Notes under the pieces: model-generated
The model's input: the letters and a program-made list of their open reading frames with translations, nothing else
Told to the model about the DNA's origin: nothing
The model's database searches: none
Made by a program: the position numbers and the translations under genes
Origin: Mobula hypostoma
Taxonomy: Eukaryota
Length of the DNA: 64,000 bases
Reading direction: 5' to 3'
Assembly: GCF_963921235.1 (NCBI RefSeq)
Contig: NC_086097.1
Coordinates: 170,564,001-170,628,000 of the forward strand
Shown here: positions 11,671-25,225 of the stretch, one piece after another
Layout of the letters: each line of letters begins with the position of its first letter
Position numbering within the stretch: the stretch's first letter is position 1

Positions 11671-12121
11671 GAATGCAGGCTAAAGATATTGTGAAAGGGG
11701 CCATTTTGCCATTATGTACTTTCCAGTCCAGTGACAATATTACTTGTGCTCCTGATATCTGCCTCACAGATGATGGAAAGACTTTGGGGAGTCAAGAGAA
11801 GAGTCATTATTTTCAGCATTTCCAACAATATGAATGGTTCAAAGCCCAGGGGATATAGATTTGTTATCTGACATAAATGTGAGACAAAGTTTTCAATGCA
11901 GATTGGAGTGATGATTTCATTTCTTGTATTGGTGGTGGAAAAGAGTTTAAGTAGGATTTTCAAAAGGAAATTGGGATCAGGGAGAATAATATGTAGAGAT
12001 GGAAGAGAATGGGACTGATGGGCAGATTCCTTTAGAAGGTAGCGTCTCAATTGGCTGAAAGGTCTTGTATGTTATACTGTTTCTATTTTGGTATTGGTTT
12101 ATTATTGTTACATATGCTGAG

Positions 12122-13080
12122 TTAGTACTTCACTCTGGGTGTTGGATGTGGGAATCCTGGGAATGTTCCGATCTCCCAGATGGCCACAACTGCGCCAGAT
12201 GCACCGAGATGCAGCTCCTGAGAGACCGTGTTAGGGATCTGGAGCTGTGGCTCGATGACCTACAGCTTATTAGGGGAAGTGATCAGGAGATAGTTAGGAG
12301 CTACAGGGAGTTAGTCACCTCAAAGCTACAGAAGTTAGATAAGTGGGTGACTGTCAGGGAAGGGATGGGAAGAGCTCTGACAGTACAGAGTGCCCCTGGG
12401 GCCATGCACCTCAGTAATCATTATCTTGTTTTGGATGCTGTTGGGGGGGGCGGGGTGGGTGGGTAACCAGACAGAGGACGACCATGGTGATCGGGACTTT
12501 GGCACTGAGCCTGGTTCCGTGGTGCAGAAGGGAGAGAAGAAGATAAGGAATGCAGTAGTCATAGGGGATTCCATAGTGAGGGGAACAAACAGGAGGTTCT
12601 GTCAGCCTGATAGAGATACTTGCATGGTGTGTTGCCACCCTGGTGCCAGGGTATGGGATGTCTCTGATCGGGTGCAGAGAATTCTGAAGGGAGAGGGTGA
12701 ACAGCCAGAAGTCTTGGTACACGTTGGTACCAATGACATAGGTAGAAGAAGGGAGGAAGTCCTGAAGAGAGAATTCAGGGAGTTGGATGGGAAGCTGAAA
12801 AGCAGGACCTCCAGGGTAGTAATCTCAGAATTTCTGCCTGTGCCACATGCTAACGAGCACAAGAATAGTGTGATCAGACAATTTAGTGCATGGCTGAGAG
12901 ACCGGTGTAGGGGCAGGGCTTCGGATTCCTGGATCATTGGGACCTCTTCTGGGGGAGGTACGACCTGTACATAAAGGATGGCTTACACCTGAACCCCAGA
13001 GGGGTCCAATATCCTAGCAGGCAGGTTTAATAGAATTGTTAGGGAGGGTTTAAGTTAATTTGGCAGGGGGATGGGAACTG
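12122..13080 (+). pseudogene. CR1 ORF1p with Zn finger, coiled coil and SGNH/GDSL esterase domain
   Basis: C..MWE..HNCARC; AVVIGDSIVRG (block I), HVGTNDI (block III), KDGLHLN at about 12973-12993 (block V). Confidence 0.88.
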
Positions 13081-14453
13081 GAGTGATAGGGCTGAGGAAA
13101 GGGAAAACAGAAATACATCAAAGAGAGCGTGCAACAGAGATAATAGAAAGGATAGGCAGGATGAGGCATAATCACAGCCGGTGGGATGAGTTACAGGGCA
13201 ATAGAGGTGTGGTGTAGTTAAAACAGAAAGCAACAAATACTGGACTGAAAGTGTTATATTTGAATGCACGCAGCGTAAAAAATAAAATGGATGACCTTGA
13301 AATTCAGCTACAGATTGGTAAGTATGATGCTGTGGCCATCTCTGAAACTTGGCTAAAGGGTAACTGCCATTGGGAGCTGAACGTCCAACGATATACAGTG
13401 TATCGGAAAGATAGGTCGGTAGGCAGAGGGGATGCTGTGGCCCTGTGTATAAGAAATAACATTAAATCATTAGAAAGGGATGACACAGGATCGGAAGATG
13501 TAGAGCCTCTATGGGTTGAGTTAAGAAATAACAAGGGTAAAAGGACTCTACATATAGCTTTTTTAAGTATATAAAGGGTAAAAGAGAGTTAAGGGTAGAT
13601 ATAGGACCAATAGAAAATGACGCTGGAGATATTGTAATGAGAGATGCAGAGATGGCAGAGGAACTGAATGTGTATTTTGCATCAGTCTCCACAGTGGAAG
13701 ACATCTGCAGTATACCGGACGTTCAACAGTGTCAGGGAAGTGAAGTATGTGCAGTGAAAATTACGATTGAGAAGGTGCTCGGGAACCTTAATGATTTGAG
13801 GGTGGATAAATCTCTTGGACTTAATGGAATGTACCTTCGGGTTCTGAAGAAAGTAGCTGGAGAGATTGCGGAGGCATTAACAATGATTTTCAAGAATTGA
13901 TAGATTCTGGGATTGTACCGGATGATTGGAAAATTCCAACTGTTACTCTGCTATTTAAGAAGGGTGGGAGGCAGCAGAAAGGAAACTATAGACCTATGAG
14001 CCTGACATCAGTGGTTGGGAAGTTGTTGGAATCAATTGTTACGGATGAGATTATGGAGTACCTGGAGGCACATGACAAGATAGGCCAAAGCCACCATGAA
14101 AGAAAATCCTGCCTGACTAACCTACTGCAATTTTTTGAGGAAATTACAAGCAAGGTAGACAAGGGAGATGTAGTAGATGTAGTGTACTTGGAATTTCAGA
14201 AGGCCTTTGACAAGGTGCCACACATCAGGCTGCTTAGCAAGATAAGGGCCCCTGGAATTACAGGAAAGGTACTAGCAGGGGTGGAGCATTGGCTGATTAG
14301 CAGAAAACAGAGAGTGGGAATAAAGGGATCCTATTCTGGCTGGCTGCCGGTTACCAGTGGAGTTCTACAGGGCTCGGTGTTGGCACTGCTGCTTTTTATG
14401 ATGTACGTCAATGATTTGGACTGTGGGATTAATGGATTTGTAGCTAAATTTGT

Positions 14454-17009
14454 GGCTAAAACAGTCGTCTGGATGTAGGGTGTAAGTTGAATCAAGAGTT
14501 AAAATTGGCATGTTGCAAAGGTAATGCTACAGTTGTTATGGGGGACTTCAACATGCAGGTAGACTGAAGGAATCAGGTTGGTACTGGACCCCAAGAAAGG
14601 GAGTTTGTGGAGTCCCTCCGAGATGGATTCTTAGAACAGCTTGTACTGGAGCCTACCAGAGAGAACGCAATTCTAGATTTAGTGTTATGCAATGAACCGG
14701 ATTTGATCAGGGACCTCAAGGTAAAGGAGCCATTAGGAGGTAGTGACCATAATATGATAAGTTTTAATCTACAATTGGAGAGGGAGAAGGGAAACTCGGA
14801 AGTGTCAGTATTACAATTGAACAAAGGGAACTATGGTGCTATGAGGGAGGAGCTGGCCAAAGTTCAATGGAACAATACTCTAGCAGGGATGACAGTGGAA
14901 CAGCAATGGCAAGTGTTTCAGGGAATAACGCGGAAGCTGCAGGATCAGTTCATTACAAAGAGGAAGAAAGATCCTAAGGGGAGGCCGTGGCTGACAAGGG
15001 AAGTTATGGACAGTATAAAAATAAAAGAGAAGAAGTATAACATAGCAAAGACGAGTGGGAAGCCGGCGGATTGGGAGCAACAGAAGGTAACTAAGAAGGC
15101 AATACGTGGAGAGAAAATGAGGTACGAAGGTAAATTAGCCAAGAATATAAAGGAAGATAGTAAAAGCTTCTTTAAGTATGTGAAAAGGAAAAAAAATTGT
15201 TAGGACCAAAATTGGGCCCTTGAAGACAGAAGCGGGTGAAGTTATTATGGGGAACGAGGAAATGGCAGACGAGTTGAACAGGTACTTTGGATCTGTCTTC
15301 ACTAGGGAAGACACAAACAATCTCCCAGATGTAATAGTGGCCAAAGGACCTAGGGCAATGGATGAATTGAAGGAAATTTATATTAGGCAGGAAATGGTGT
15401 TGGATAGGCTGTTGGGCCTGAAGGCTGATAAGTCCCCAGGACCTGATGGTCTGCATCCCAGGGTACTTAAGGAGATGGCTTTAGAAATCGTGGACACATT
15501 GGTAATCATTTTCCAATGTTCTATAGATTCAGGATCAGTTCCTGTGGATTGGAGGGTGGCTAATGTTGTCCCTCCCTTCAAGAAGGGAGGAAGAGAGAAA
15601 ACAGGGAATTATAGACCAGTTAGCCTGATGTCGGTGGTGGGAAAGATGCTGGAGTCAATTATAAAAGATGAAGTTACTACACATCTGGATAGTAGTAACA
15701 GGATCGGTCCGAGTCAGCATGGATTTACGAAGGGGAAATTGTGCTTGACTGATCTTCTGGAATTTTTTGAGGATGTAACTATGAAAATGGACAAGGGAGA
15801 GCTGGTGGATGTAGTGTACCTGGACTTTCAGAAAGCCTTTAATAAAGTCCCACATAGGAGATTAGTGGGCAAATTTAGGGCACATGGTATTGGGGGCAGA
15901 GTACTGACATGGATTGAAAATTGGCTGGCTGACAGAAAACAAAGAGTAGTGATTAACGGGTCCCTTTTGGAATGGCAGGCGGTGACCAGTGGGGTACCGC
16001 AGGGTTCAGTGCTGGGACCGCAGCTGTTTACAATATATATTAATGATTTAGATGAGGGAACTAAAAGTAACATTAGCAAATTTGCAGATGACACAAAGTT
16101 GGGTGGCAGTGTGAAATGTGAGGAGGATGTTATGAGAGTGCAGGGTGACTTGGACAGGCTGGGTGAGTGGGCAGATGCATAGCAGATGCAGTTTAATGTG
16201 GATAAATATGAGGTTATCCACTTTGGTGGTAAGAACGGGAAGGCAGATTATTATCTAAATGGAGTCAAGTTAGGAAAAGGGGAAGCACAACGAGATCTAG
16301 GTGTTCTGGTACATCAGTCACTGAAAGCAAGCATGCAAGTACAGCAGGCAGTGAAGAAAGCTAATGGCATGCTGGCCTTCATAACAAGGGGAATTGAGTA
16401 TAAGGGCAAAGAGGTTCTTCTGCAGCTGTACAGGGCCCTTGTGAGACCACACCTGGAGTACTGTGTGCAGTTTTGGTCTCCAAATTTGAGGAAGGACATT
16501 CTTGCTATTGAGGGAGTACAGCGTAGGTTCACAAGGTTAATTCTCGGGATGGCGGGACTGACATATGTCGAAAGATTGGAGCGACTAGGCTTGTATACGC
16601 TGGAATTTAGAAGGCTGAGAGGGGATCTTATTGAAACATATAAGATTATTAAGGAATTGGACTCGCTGGAGGCAGAAAGCATGTTCCCGCTGATGGGTGA
16701 GTCCAGAACCAGAGGCCACAGTTTAAGAATTAGCGGTAGGCTATTTAGAATGGAGTTGAGGAAAAACTTTTTCACCCAGAGAGTGGTGGATATATGGAAT
16801 GCTCTGCCCCAGAAGGCTGTGGAGGCCAAGTCTCTGGATGCTTTCAAAAAAGAGATGGATAGAGCTCTTACTGATAACAGAATCAAAGGTTATGGGGATA
16901 AGGCAGGAACTGGATCCTGCTTGTAGATGATCAGCCATGATCACAGTGAATGGTGGTGCTGGCTCGAAGGCCTGAATGGCCTACTCCTGCACCTATTGTC
17001 TATTGTCTA
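14454..17009 (+). mobile_element. CR1 LINE B, 5'-truncated, young, flanked by a TSD
   Basis: TAAATTTGT at 14445-14453 and 17010-17018; (TATTGTC)n tail; ORF2 largely intact. Confidence 0.95.
14520..16926 (+). pseudogene. CR1 ORF2p (APE C-terminus + RT); frameshift at the A-run near 15190 and TAG at 16180-16182
   Basis: [67 protein letters not shown]. Confidence 0.95.
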
Positions 17010-17938
17010 TAAATTTGTCAATGATACAAAGAAAGGTGGAGGTGTGTGTAGTGTTGAGGAAACAGAGAGCCTGCAGAGGGACTTAGATAGTTTAGGGGAA
17101 CGGGCAAAGAAGTGGCACATTAAACACAAAGTTGGAAAGTGTATGGTCATGCACTTTGGTGGAAGAAATTAATGGAAGACTACTATTTAGATAGGGAGAG
17201 AATTCAAAATGCAGAGACACAAAGGGACTTGGGAGTCCTTGTGTAGGATACCCTAAAGGTTAACCTCCAGGTTGAGCTGGCGGTGAAGAAGGTGAATGCA
17301 ATGTTGGCATTCATTTCTGGAGGTATAGAGTATAAGAGCAAGGATATGATGTTGAGGCTCTATAAGGCACTCGTGAGACCACACTTGGAGTATTGCGTGC
17401 AGTTTTGAGCTCCTTATTTTAGAAGGGATATACTGACATTGGAGAGGGTTCAGAGAAGATACACATGAATGAGTCCAGGAATGAAAGGGTTAATGTATGA
17501 GGAACATCTGGCAGCTTTTGGGCTGCATTCCCTGGAGTTCAGGAGAATGAGGGGGGATCTCACAGAAACATTCCAAACGTTAAAAGGCCTGGACAGAATA
17601 GATATGGCAAAGTTATTTCCCATGGTAGGGGAGTCTAGGACAAGCGGGCACGACTTCAGGATTGAAGGATGTCCATTTAGAACAGAGATGTGAAGAGGGT
17701 GGTAAATCTGTGGAATTTGTTGCCATGAGCAGCTGTGGAGTCCAAGTTATTGGGTGCATTTAAGGCAGAGATAGATAGGTTCTTGATTAGACAGAGCATG
17801 AAAGGTATGGGGAGAAGGCAGGGGAGTGGGGATGACTGGAGGAATTGGGGATGACTGGAGGAATTGAAGCCAATGATTGGTGGAGCAGACTTGATGTGCT
17901 GAATGGCCTGCTTCTGCTCCTATACCTTATGGTCTTAT

Positions 17939-18540
17939 AGATACAGTGAAAAGCTTGTCCTACATATTGTCATATAGATCAATTTATTATACAGTGCATT
18001 GAGGTAGTATAAAGTAAAAGAATTACAGAATGCAGAATAAAGTGTAATAAGGTATAACAGCTTCAGAGAAATTGTCTATCTGCACTGCACAAAACAAACA
18101 ACAGACACAAAATGCTGGTGGAACGCAGCAGGCCAGGCAGCATCAATGGGAAGAAGTATGTCAAAACAAAGTAGGTTATGGGGATAAGAGTCCATTAATT
18201 CATACGAGGGAACCTTTCAATAGCATTATAACAGCAGGGTAGAAACTGTCCTTGAGACATGGTACGTACTTTCAGGTTGTATCTTCAGTCCAATGGAAGA
18301 GTGGAGAAGAGGAGATGTCAGGAGTGTGAGGGGTCTTTGATTGTTCAGTCTGATACAGACAGAGGTGTAAGTGGAGCCCTCAGAGCAGAGACTGGTTTCT
18401 GTGAAGAGCTGAGCTCTATCTGCAACTCTCTGCAGTTTCTTGCAGTCATGGGCAGAGCAGTTGCCGTACCAATCTGTGATGTAGCCAGATAGGATGCTTA
18501 ATATGATGCATCAATTGATAAAAATTGGTATGCTAAACAG
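17939..18540 (-). mobile_element. Rex1/Babar-like 3' region (its terminal part lies at 12085-12121)
   Basis: ttggtattggtttattattgttacatatgctgag | atacagtgaaaagcttgtc rejoins to match the uninterrupted copy at 46261-46315. Contains a pLTR fragment at about 18095-18160. Confidence 0.75.
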
Positions 18541-19194
18541 AGCTTATGACAGTAAGATTTTAACTTTGAAGATGCTTCTTGTGCCGTGCAGTTCAACAGT
18601 TTACATTCATGGGGAAATTAATTAACTGCCTCAGTACCTAAAACAGACAGCTAATGAGACTCAGCTGTTATTTTCTCTTTCACACAGTTCACTAAAACCA
18701 TGATTGGATCTTCCTGTAGTTATCCCATTGACACTGTGACTGGTAGTGGTACTGGTACTGGTTTACTGTCACATGTACTGAGAGATCATGCCATGATTAA
18801 GTACACTGGTAGTGAAAAGAAACTGAATGTGGAATAGAGTTTTGCAGTTACAGAGAAAATGCAGGGCAGGGATTAGTGCGAGGATCATGATGAGGTAGAT
18901 TGGGAGACCAATAATACATCTTTAGTGAATGATAAGCCCGTTTAAGGACCTGATTACAAATGGATAGAAGCTGTCCTTGAGACCAGTTGTACATACTTTG
19001 AAGCTTTTGTTGGAAAAAGAGCTCTAGATTTACAGTATGACCATAGGTCAAGCTGCAACAGAACGGCTTCGAACTCAGTGAAGTGCCCCCGAGACATGGC
19101 TAGTGTCATTATGTAGGGAACTCAGCAGCAAGTTACTTTTGTACACAGCAAGCTCCCAAAACAAAACTGATCTAAGCCGAACAAAACCATCTTG

Positions 19195-19750
19195 CATACC
19201 GTTCTGGTCACCCCATTATAGGAAGGATGTTGAGTCTTTGGAGAGAATGCAGATGTTTACCAGGATGTTGCCTGGATTAGAGGACATGTGCTATAATGAG
19301 AGGTTGGACAAACTTGGGTTGTTTTTTCTGGAGTGGTGGAGGCTGAGGGGAGATTTAGAGGTTTATAGGATTATGAGAGGAATAGATAGAGTAGACAAGC
19401 AACATCTTTTTCCAAGGTTTGAAATGTCTAATACCAGAAGGCATCCATTTAAGCTGAGTGCGAGTAATTTCAAAGAAGGTGTGAGGGACACATTTTTTGC
19501 ACAGAGTGGTAGGTGTCTCAAATGATCTGCCTGGTAGTAGAGAAAGAAACATTAGAGAATTTTAAGAGCTACTTAGATGGTTATATGAATGTGAGGAAAA
19601 TGAAAGGATATGGACATTGTGTAGGCAGAAGGGATTAGTTTAGTTAGCCATTTGATTGCTAATTTTATCAGTTCAGCACAACATAGTGGGCCAAAGGGCC
19701 TGTTCCTGTGAATACTGCTCTATGCTCTATGTTTTATCTTCTATGTTCTA
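19195..19750 (+). mobile_element. CR1 3' fragment
   Basis: FWSPHYRKDVESLER..LRGDL; (TTCTATG)-like tail. Confidence 0.85.
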
Positions 19751-20569
19751 TGTCGATAAACAGATGGTAGACCAGGTGTGGAGAACCTACGGCATGTATG
19801 CCCAAGAATTCATGCACAAAGATTTTGTTGACACGTGGCAAGCAGTGCCACCTCTCGACTCTTTAAATCCCAACCATAACACCAGATACACAATAATTAT
19901 CTTTATTGCCAAATAAAGCAGTGAATGGTTTTTTACATCTTGAGAGCAGTGAGATGTTTTCACAGGAAATGTCTCACATCATCGTGCTACCAGCTAGATG
20001 GTGGCACGAACACATGATATTGGATGATAACTTTTGAAATCCTCGCAGACCTGGTGTAAACATCAGTATTTCAAAGTAAACAGTTACAATCTCAATACCA
20101 TTTAGAAGATTAATATTAATAATTTTAACAGGTTTCCTTAAGCGCTTCATTTATTTCAATTTGTTTTTTTTTTATACTTTTATTAATAGTAAAAATATGA
20201 ATAGACATAAGTAACAGAACTCATTATTTTTTCTTAATGATTGTTACTAATTCATTAATCAATTATAATCACTACTTAAAATTACCATAGCACGCATGAG
20301 ACATCTTTAGAAGATTATCATCAAATTGTGCACATACTCTCAGAAAGGGTTTCCAGCCCTAGACTAGACCATATTGTGAATGGCGAATTTTTAAAAAAAA
20401 AACTTCCAAATCTGCTGGAAACCTGAGTCAAACATTCTTTTAAAAGATGATAGACATCTTGCACACTTTAGTTACATACATACGTATAACCATATTGGAA
20501 TCAGCTTTCTCTTTGAATCTGCTCTAGCATTCAACACGACCGTAGCTGATTTGATTATCATCTCAGCTT

Positions 20570-20910
20570 TGGATTCCTCAAAACCCTGGTACCTTGTCAG
20601 CTCCTTATTTACCAAATACTCTCTCCACCTGCCAGGAACTGCCTCCATCTGTCATCCACATGCCTTTGTCTCCAGCTACTCCTCTCCCCTCTCCTTTATG
20701 GCCCAATCTGTCATCCTTCAACCTCCTCAGTCCCCATCACCCCAAGCTCCTATCTCCCCACTTCTTTATACTGGCCATCTCCCCTCTCCACTCTCGGATG
20801 TGGGGTTTCAACCCAAAGCGTCGCCAGTTCTTCCCGTCGCACTCCGATGCTATTTGACCCATTTCTCCAGCAGTTTTATTTTAATTCCAGATTTCAGAAC
20901 CTGCAGTGTC
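20570..20910 (+). mobile_element. Old PLE pLTR
   Basis: Pyrimidine tract, decayed HHR (ctcggatgtggggtttcaacccaaagcgtc) and tail. Confidence 0.6.
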
Positions 20911-21039
20911 CCCTTTGAAGCTCCCTCGGGATCTTGTATTTTTCCAATCATCCATTCTCATTCTTAAAAAAACATAAACTACCCCAGATACAAGGCTAGC
21001 TAGTCCAACACTTACTCGGTAGACAACTGCCATTCTAGA

Positions 21040-22590
21040 TATGAGAGACACAGAAGACTGCAGTTGTTGGAATCTGGACCAACACACAAGATGCTGGAGA
21101 AACTCAGCGGGTCAGGTAGCTTCTGTGGAGGGGAATAAATAGTTGACATGTCAATCAAGGCCCTTCATTTTACTGAAGGATAGAGGGAAGATCAGCAATT
21201 GAAAAGGTGAATAGAGGGGTGGAGCAAGTGTTGGCAGGTGATGGGTAGATCCAGGTGAGGAGGGATGAGAGGAGGTGGGAATGGCATCAGAAGGTGGAAG
21301 CTGATAGGTTGGAGAAGACAAAGGACTGAAGATGATGTAACCAACAGCAGATGCAATCTCACTGGCTCTCCACTCAGGCTAGGACCACCAGGACAACAGT
21401 GATACCTACGTCAGGTTGCTGTTTATTGACTACAGCACTCAAAACAATCATTCCCTCAGTTCTTATCATCCCACTCCAAAACCTGGAACTAGATCCTTGA
21501 CTTCCTCATCAGGAGACCTCAGTCTATGTGGATGGGAAATAACATCTCCTCCTTGCTGACAATCAACACTGGTGCATTTCAAAGATGCATTGTTATTTCA
21601 CTGCTTTAATGGCTATGTGTCTAGGCACAGCTCAAATGCCATCTATAACTTTGCAGATGACACAATTACTGTTGGCAGAATTTCAGGTGGTGACAAAGAG
21701 GTGTACAGGTTCAAGATAGATCAGCTGGTTGAGTGGTGTCACAGAAATGACCGTACACTCAACATCAGTAAGGCCAAGGAATTGATTGTGGACTTCAGGA
21801 AGGGAAAGTCGAGGGATCAGCAGTGGAAAGGGTGAGCAGTTTCAAGTTCCTGAGTGCCAACATCTCTGAGGATCTATCCTGGTCCCAACATATTGAATCA
21901 ATTGCACAAAAGGCACAACAGTGGCTATATTTCATTAGAAGTATATTTCATTAGGCTGTATTTCATTGGTATGTCACTAAAGACACTAGCAAATTTCCAT
22001 AGATATACTGTTTGGTATGGAGGGCCATTACACAGGATTGGAAAAAGCTGCAGAAATTTGCAAACCCAGCCAGCTCCATCATGGGCACTAGCCTCCCCAG
22101 CATCTAGGCCACCTTCAAAACGTGATGCCTCAAAAAAGCAGCAACCATCAGGGATCCCCATCCCCAAGGACTTGCTCTCTTCACATTGCTACCATTAAGG
22201 AGCAGATACAGGAGCCTGAAGACACACACCCAAAGTTTCAGGAATAGCTTCTTCCCCTCTGTTATCGGATTTCTGAACAGACCACGAACCCATGAACATA
22301 ACCTCAGTATTTTTCCCTCTCTTTTTGCACTACTTATTTAATTCCTTTTTCTATCTTATATATCTTATTGTAATGTATTGTTTTAATAGTTTTTATTATT
22401 ATGTATTGCAATATTCTGCTACCACAGAGCAACAAATTTCACAACATATGCCAATGTTATTAAACCTGATTCAGATTCTGATCTGATAGAAAAGAAGGTG
22501 GAGCACAGAATGAAGGGTACGAGTTAAGGAGGCCAGAGGGTTGTAACAGAGGAGGGGAACCAGTGCGAGGAGTGGGTGGGTGATGGATGA
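21040..22590 (-). mobile_element. PLE pLTR (21040-21340 and 22481-22590) split by a Rex-like insertion
   Basis: gatgctggagaaactcagcgggtcagg..; the purine tract resumes after 22481. Confidence 0.7.
21341..22485 (+). mobile_element. Rex1/Babar-like LINE, 3' portion
   Basis: IYNFADDTITVG, KELIVDFRK, FRNSFFPS; tail aaacctgattcagattctgatctga. Confidence 0.85.
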
Positions 22591-23009
22591 TATTACTCCA
22601 GCAACCCTTCTCTGAAGAAGCAAGCTATTTTAAAGAGACAGTCAAAATCTGAGGGCCAAACTTGCAGACTGGCACCATTTTTGATGGAAAGAGAGTGAAA
22701 ATTGGATGCGTTGTGGTTGTGTGCTAGGGATAAAATGGCACGTGTTTTCTGTCCTGACATCAGTACCAGGTAGTTCGAGGTGACCAGGCCCCATATGAGC
22801 TCTGCTGCTGTTATTGGCCCATTAACCAGAGCTGGGCAGATCAGAAGACCCAAAGATGGCCTGTGTGGTACCCCTATTGGGCTGGCTATGTCCCTGCAGT
22901 CCACTCATAATATTATTGCAATGACGTTGATCCTTTTTTTGCACAGGAAACCTTCAGGGATGGGATTGGCATTACAATGAATCACTAGGCCCGATATCAG
23001 GGGCATTAC

Positions 23010-25225
23010 CCATGTCTTAATGGAGTACAGCACACGAAGAAGCCCTTCTGCCCATGATATCTGTACTGAGCATGATGCTCAGTTGAACTAATCCTTTCTG
23101 TCTGCACATGCATATTTATGTGTCTATCTAAAAGCCTTTTAAACTCCACTCTCATCTGTTTCCACCAGCCTGTTCCAGGCACCCATCACTCTGTGTGTGC
23201 AAAACTTATAGATATAGAATGGCATGGGAATAGGCCTTTGACCCACATTGTTCTGCTGAACTAATTAAGCTAGTAATTAAACATCTATCAAAACTAACTG
23301 CCTGCATAATGTCCATATCCCTCTATTCCCTGTACTTTCATGTGTCTATCTAAAAGCCTTTTAAGTGTCTCACTGTATTTGCCTCCACTTCTGGCAGCAC
23401 ATTCCAGGCACCCTCCAATCTCTGTACAGAAAATTGCCCCACACATCCCATTTAAACCTTTGCAACAAACACAAAAATCTGAAGGAATTCAGAAGGTCAG
23501 GCAGCATCTGTGAAGGGAAATAAACAGTCAATGTTTCAGATAGGAAGGACTGGAAAGGAAGGGGACAGAAGCCAGAATAAAAGTAAGTGCTGCTCAAGGA
23601 GGCAAAGAGTGGGAATGAAGGGAGCCTGTTCTAGCTGGCTACCAGTGACGAGTAGTGCTCTGTAGGGGTCTGTGTTGGAACTGATTCTTTTTCCATTGTA
23701 TGTCAGGGATTTGGGTGATGGAACTTGATGGCCTTGTTGCAAAGGTTGCAGAGAATGTGAAGATAGCTGGAGGGGCAGGTAGTTTTGAGGAAGTAGAGAG
23801 GCTACTGCAGGACATCTAGGTTCTGACTGTCTACCTCGTCGATAACTCGCATAATTTTATAAACTTCTACTATAGTTCCCTACAGGCTCTGATGCTCCAG
23901 AGACAACAATCTTAAGCTTCTCCAACCTCTCCTCATAGCTGATACTCTTTAATCCAGGCAGTATCCTGGTAAGCTCCTGCATCCTTTCCAAAGTCTCCAC
24001 ATTCTCTATGTGCATATTTTCTATGTGCATATCACCACCACTGTAGACTTTATCCACAAGTGTATTGAGGTCTGTGTACCAAAGAGAACAATCGGGTATT
24101 TCAAGCCAGAAGCCATGGATGAACGGGGAGATAAACATGCACTCACTTTGTGGAGTTTGCAGAATTCAAATTGGGTGATACTGACATTTACGAGAAATCA
24201 ACATATGACCTCCATAAACCTCAACAGAAGTCTAAAATAGAGTTCCAGTCCAGTTGCTAGCAGTGGCAATATAATATACTGGGCTACAAAATGAAGTCTG
24301 CCAGCATCACTAAAAGCAGCACATTCATTCCTGATGAGCTTAACGTATTCTGTGCATATTTTGAAAAGAAGGGAATAGGTATGTCACCTCCCACCCTGAC
24401 AGTCTCCAATGCGCCTGGATTTCCAGTCACCATCATAGACACAAGTTCAGTCTTCATGAGGGTGAACCCAAGGAAAGCATTGGGAAGATTGTGCCTTAGA
24501 TCTTGTGCAGATCAACTAGCAAAGACATTTGCTTACATTTTTAACCTCTCCCTGTTTTAGACTGTGGTTCCCTTCTGCTTTAAGAAGATCAAGTAACCAA
24601 AAAGAAAATCAAGAAAATGCACCTTAACAATTACCACCCGGTGGCCTTGACATTTAAAATCATGAAGTTTTCTAAGAAGCAGGTCATGGCACACATCAGC
24701 TCCAATGTTTTAGATAATCTCAGCCCACTGCTATTTGCCTACTGTCAAATACCGTCTCCCTGGCCTGACACTCATGGGTTACGCATGCAAATTTTCCAAA
24801 GCTGTCTGGAAGATATGTTGAGTAAGCTAGGGCTTTTTGCCTTTGGAGTGAAGGAGGATAAGAGTTGACTTGATAGAGGTGTACAAAATGATAAGAGACA
24901 TAGAGTGGATAGCAAGAGACTTTTTTCTTTGGGTTTTAATGGCTAATATGAAGGGGCATATTTTTATGGTGATTGGAGGAATGTATAGGGAGGATGTCAG
25001 GGGAAGGTTCTTTTACACAGAGTTTTGGATGCGTAGAACACGCTACCATGGGCGGGGGTAGAGGCAGATACATCAGGGACATTTAAGAGACTCTTAGATA
25101 GGTAAATGGATGAATGATAAATGGAGGGCTATGTGGAAGGGGAGGGTTTGGTTCATCTTGGAGCAGGTTAAGAGGTCAACATAGCATCATGACCTGAAGG
25201 GCCTGTACTGTGTTTTGTTTTGGCA
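23010..25225. mobile_element. Mosaic of CR1 fragments (both strands), a pLTR piece (about 23460-23585) and a Rex-like RT piece (about 24030-24780)
   Basis: Recognisable motifs such as CADQLA..IFNLSL and NYHPVALT (Rex-like), IEVYKM (CR1). Confidence 0.75.

Larger units (their letters stand above)
12122..17938 (+). mobile_element. CR1 LINE A (ORF1 + internally deleted ORF2), split by nested CR1 B and itself inserted in a Rex-like 3' UTR
   Basis: ORF1 zinc finger/esterase, APE start (LYLNARS..AISETWL), RT to ..GFVAKFV at 14453, resuming KFVNDTKKGG at 17011; 3' tail cttatggtcttat at about 17925. Confidence 0.92.

Noticed and set aside
12390..12974. Host GDSL/SGNH lipase gene
   Set aside because: The esterase is the known CR1 ORF1 domain; it directly precedes APE/RT and recurs at about 37650 and 54000.
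16314..16886. 190-aa minus-strand ORF (also 52109..52669 and similar)
   Set aside because: Antisense to CR1 or PLE RT coding sequence, with no independent protein motifs.
17828..17866. Short tandem duplications (ggggatgactggaggaatt x2; also near 24003-24032 and 29753-29780)
   Set aside because: Ordinary slippage duplications within TE remnants.
22930..23020. Acceptor-like tcctttttttgcacag followed by short open frames
   Set aside because: No donor found, the frames stop within about 25 codons, and the peptides are unrecognisable.
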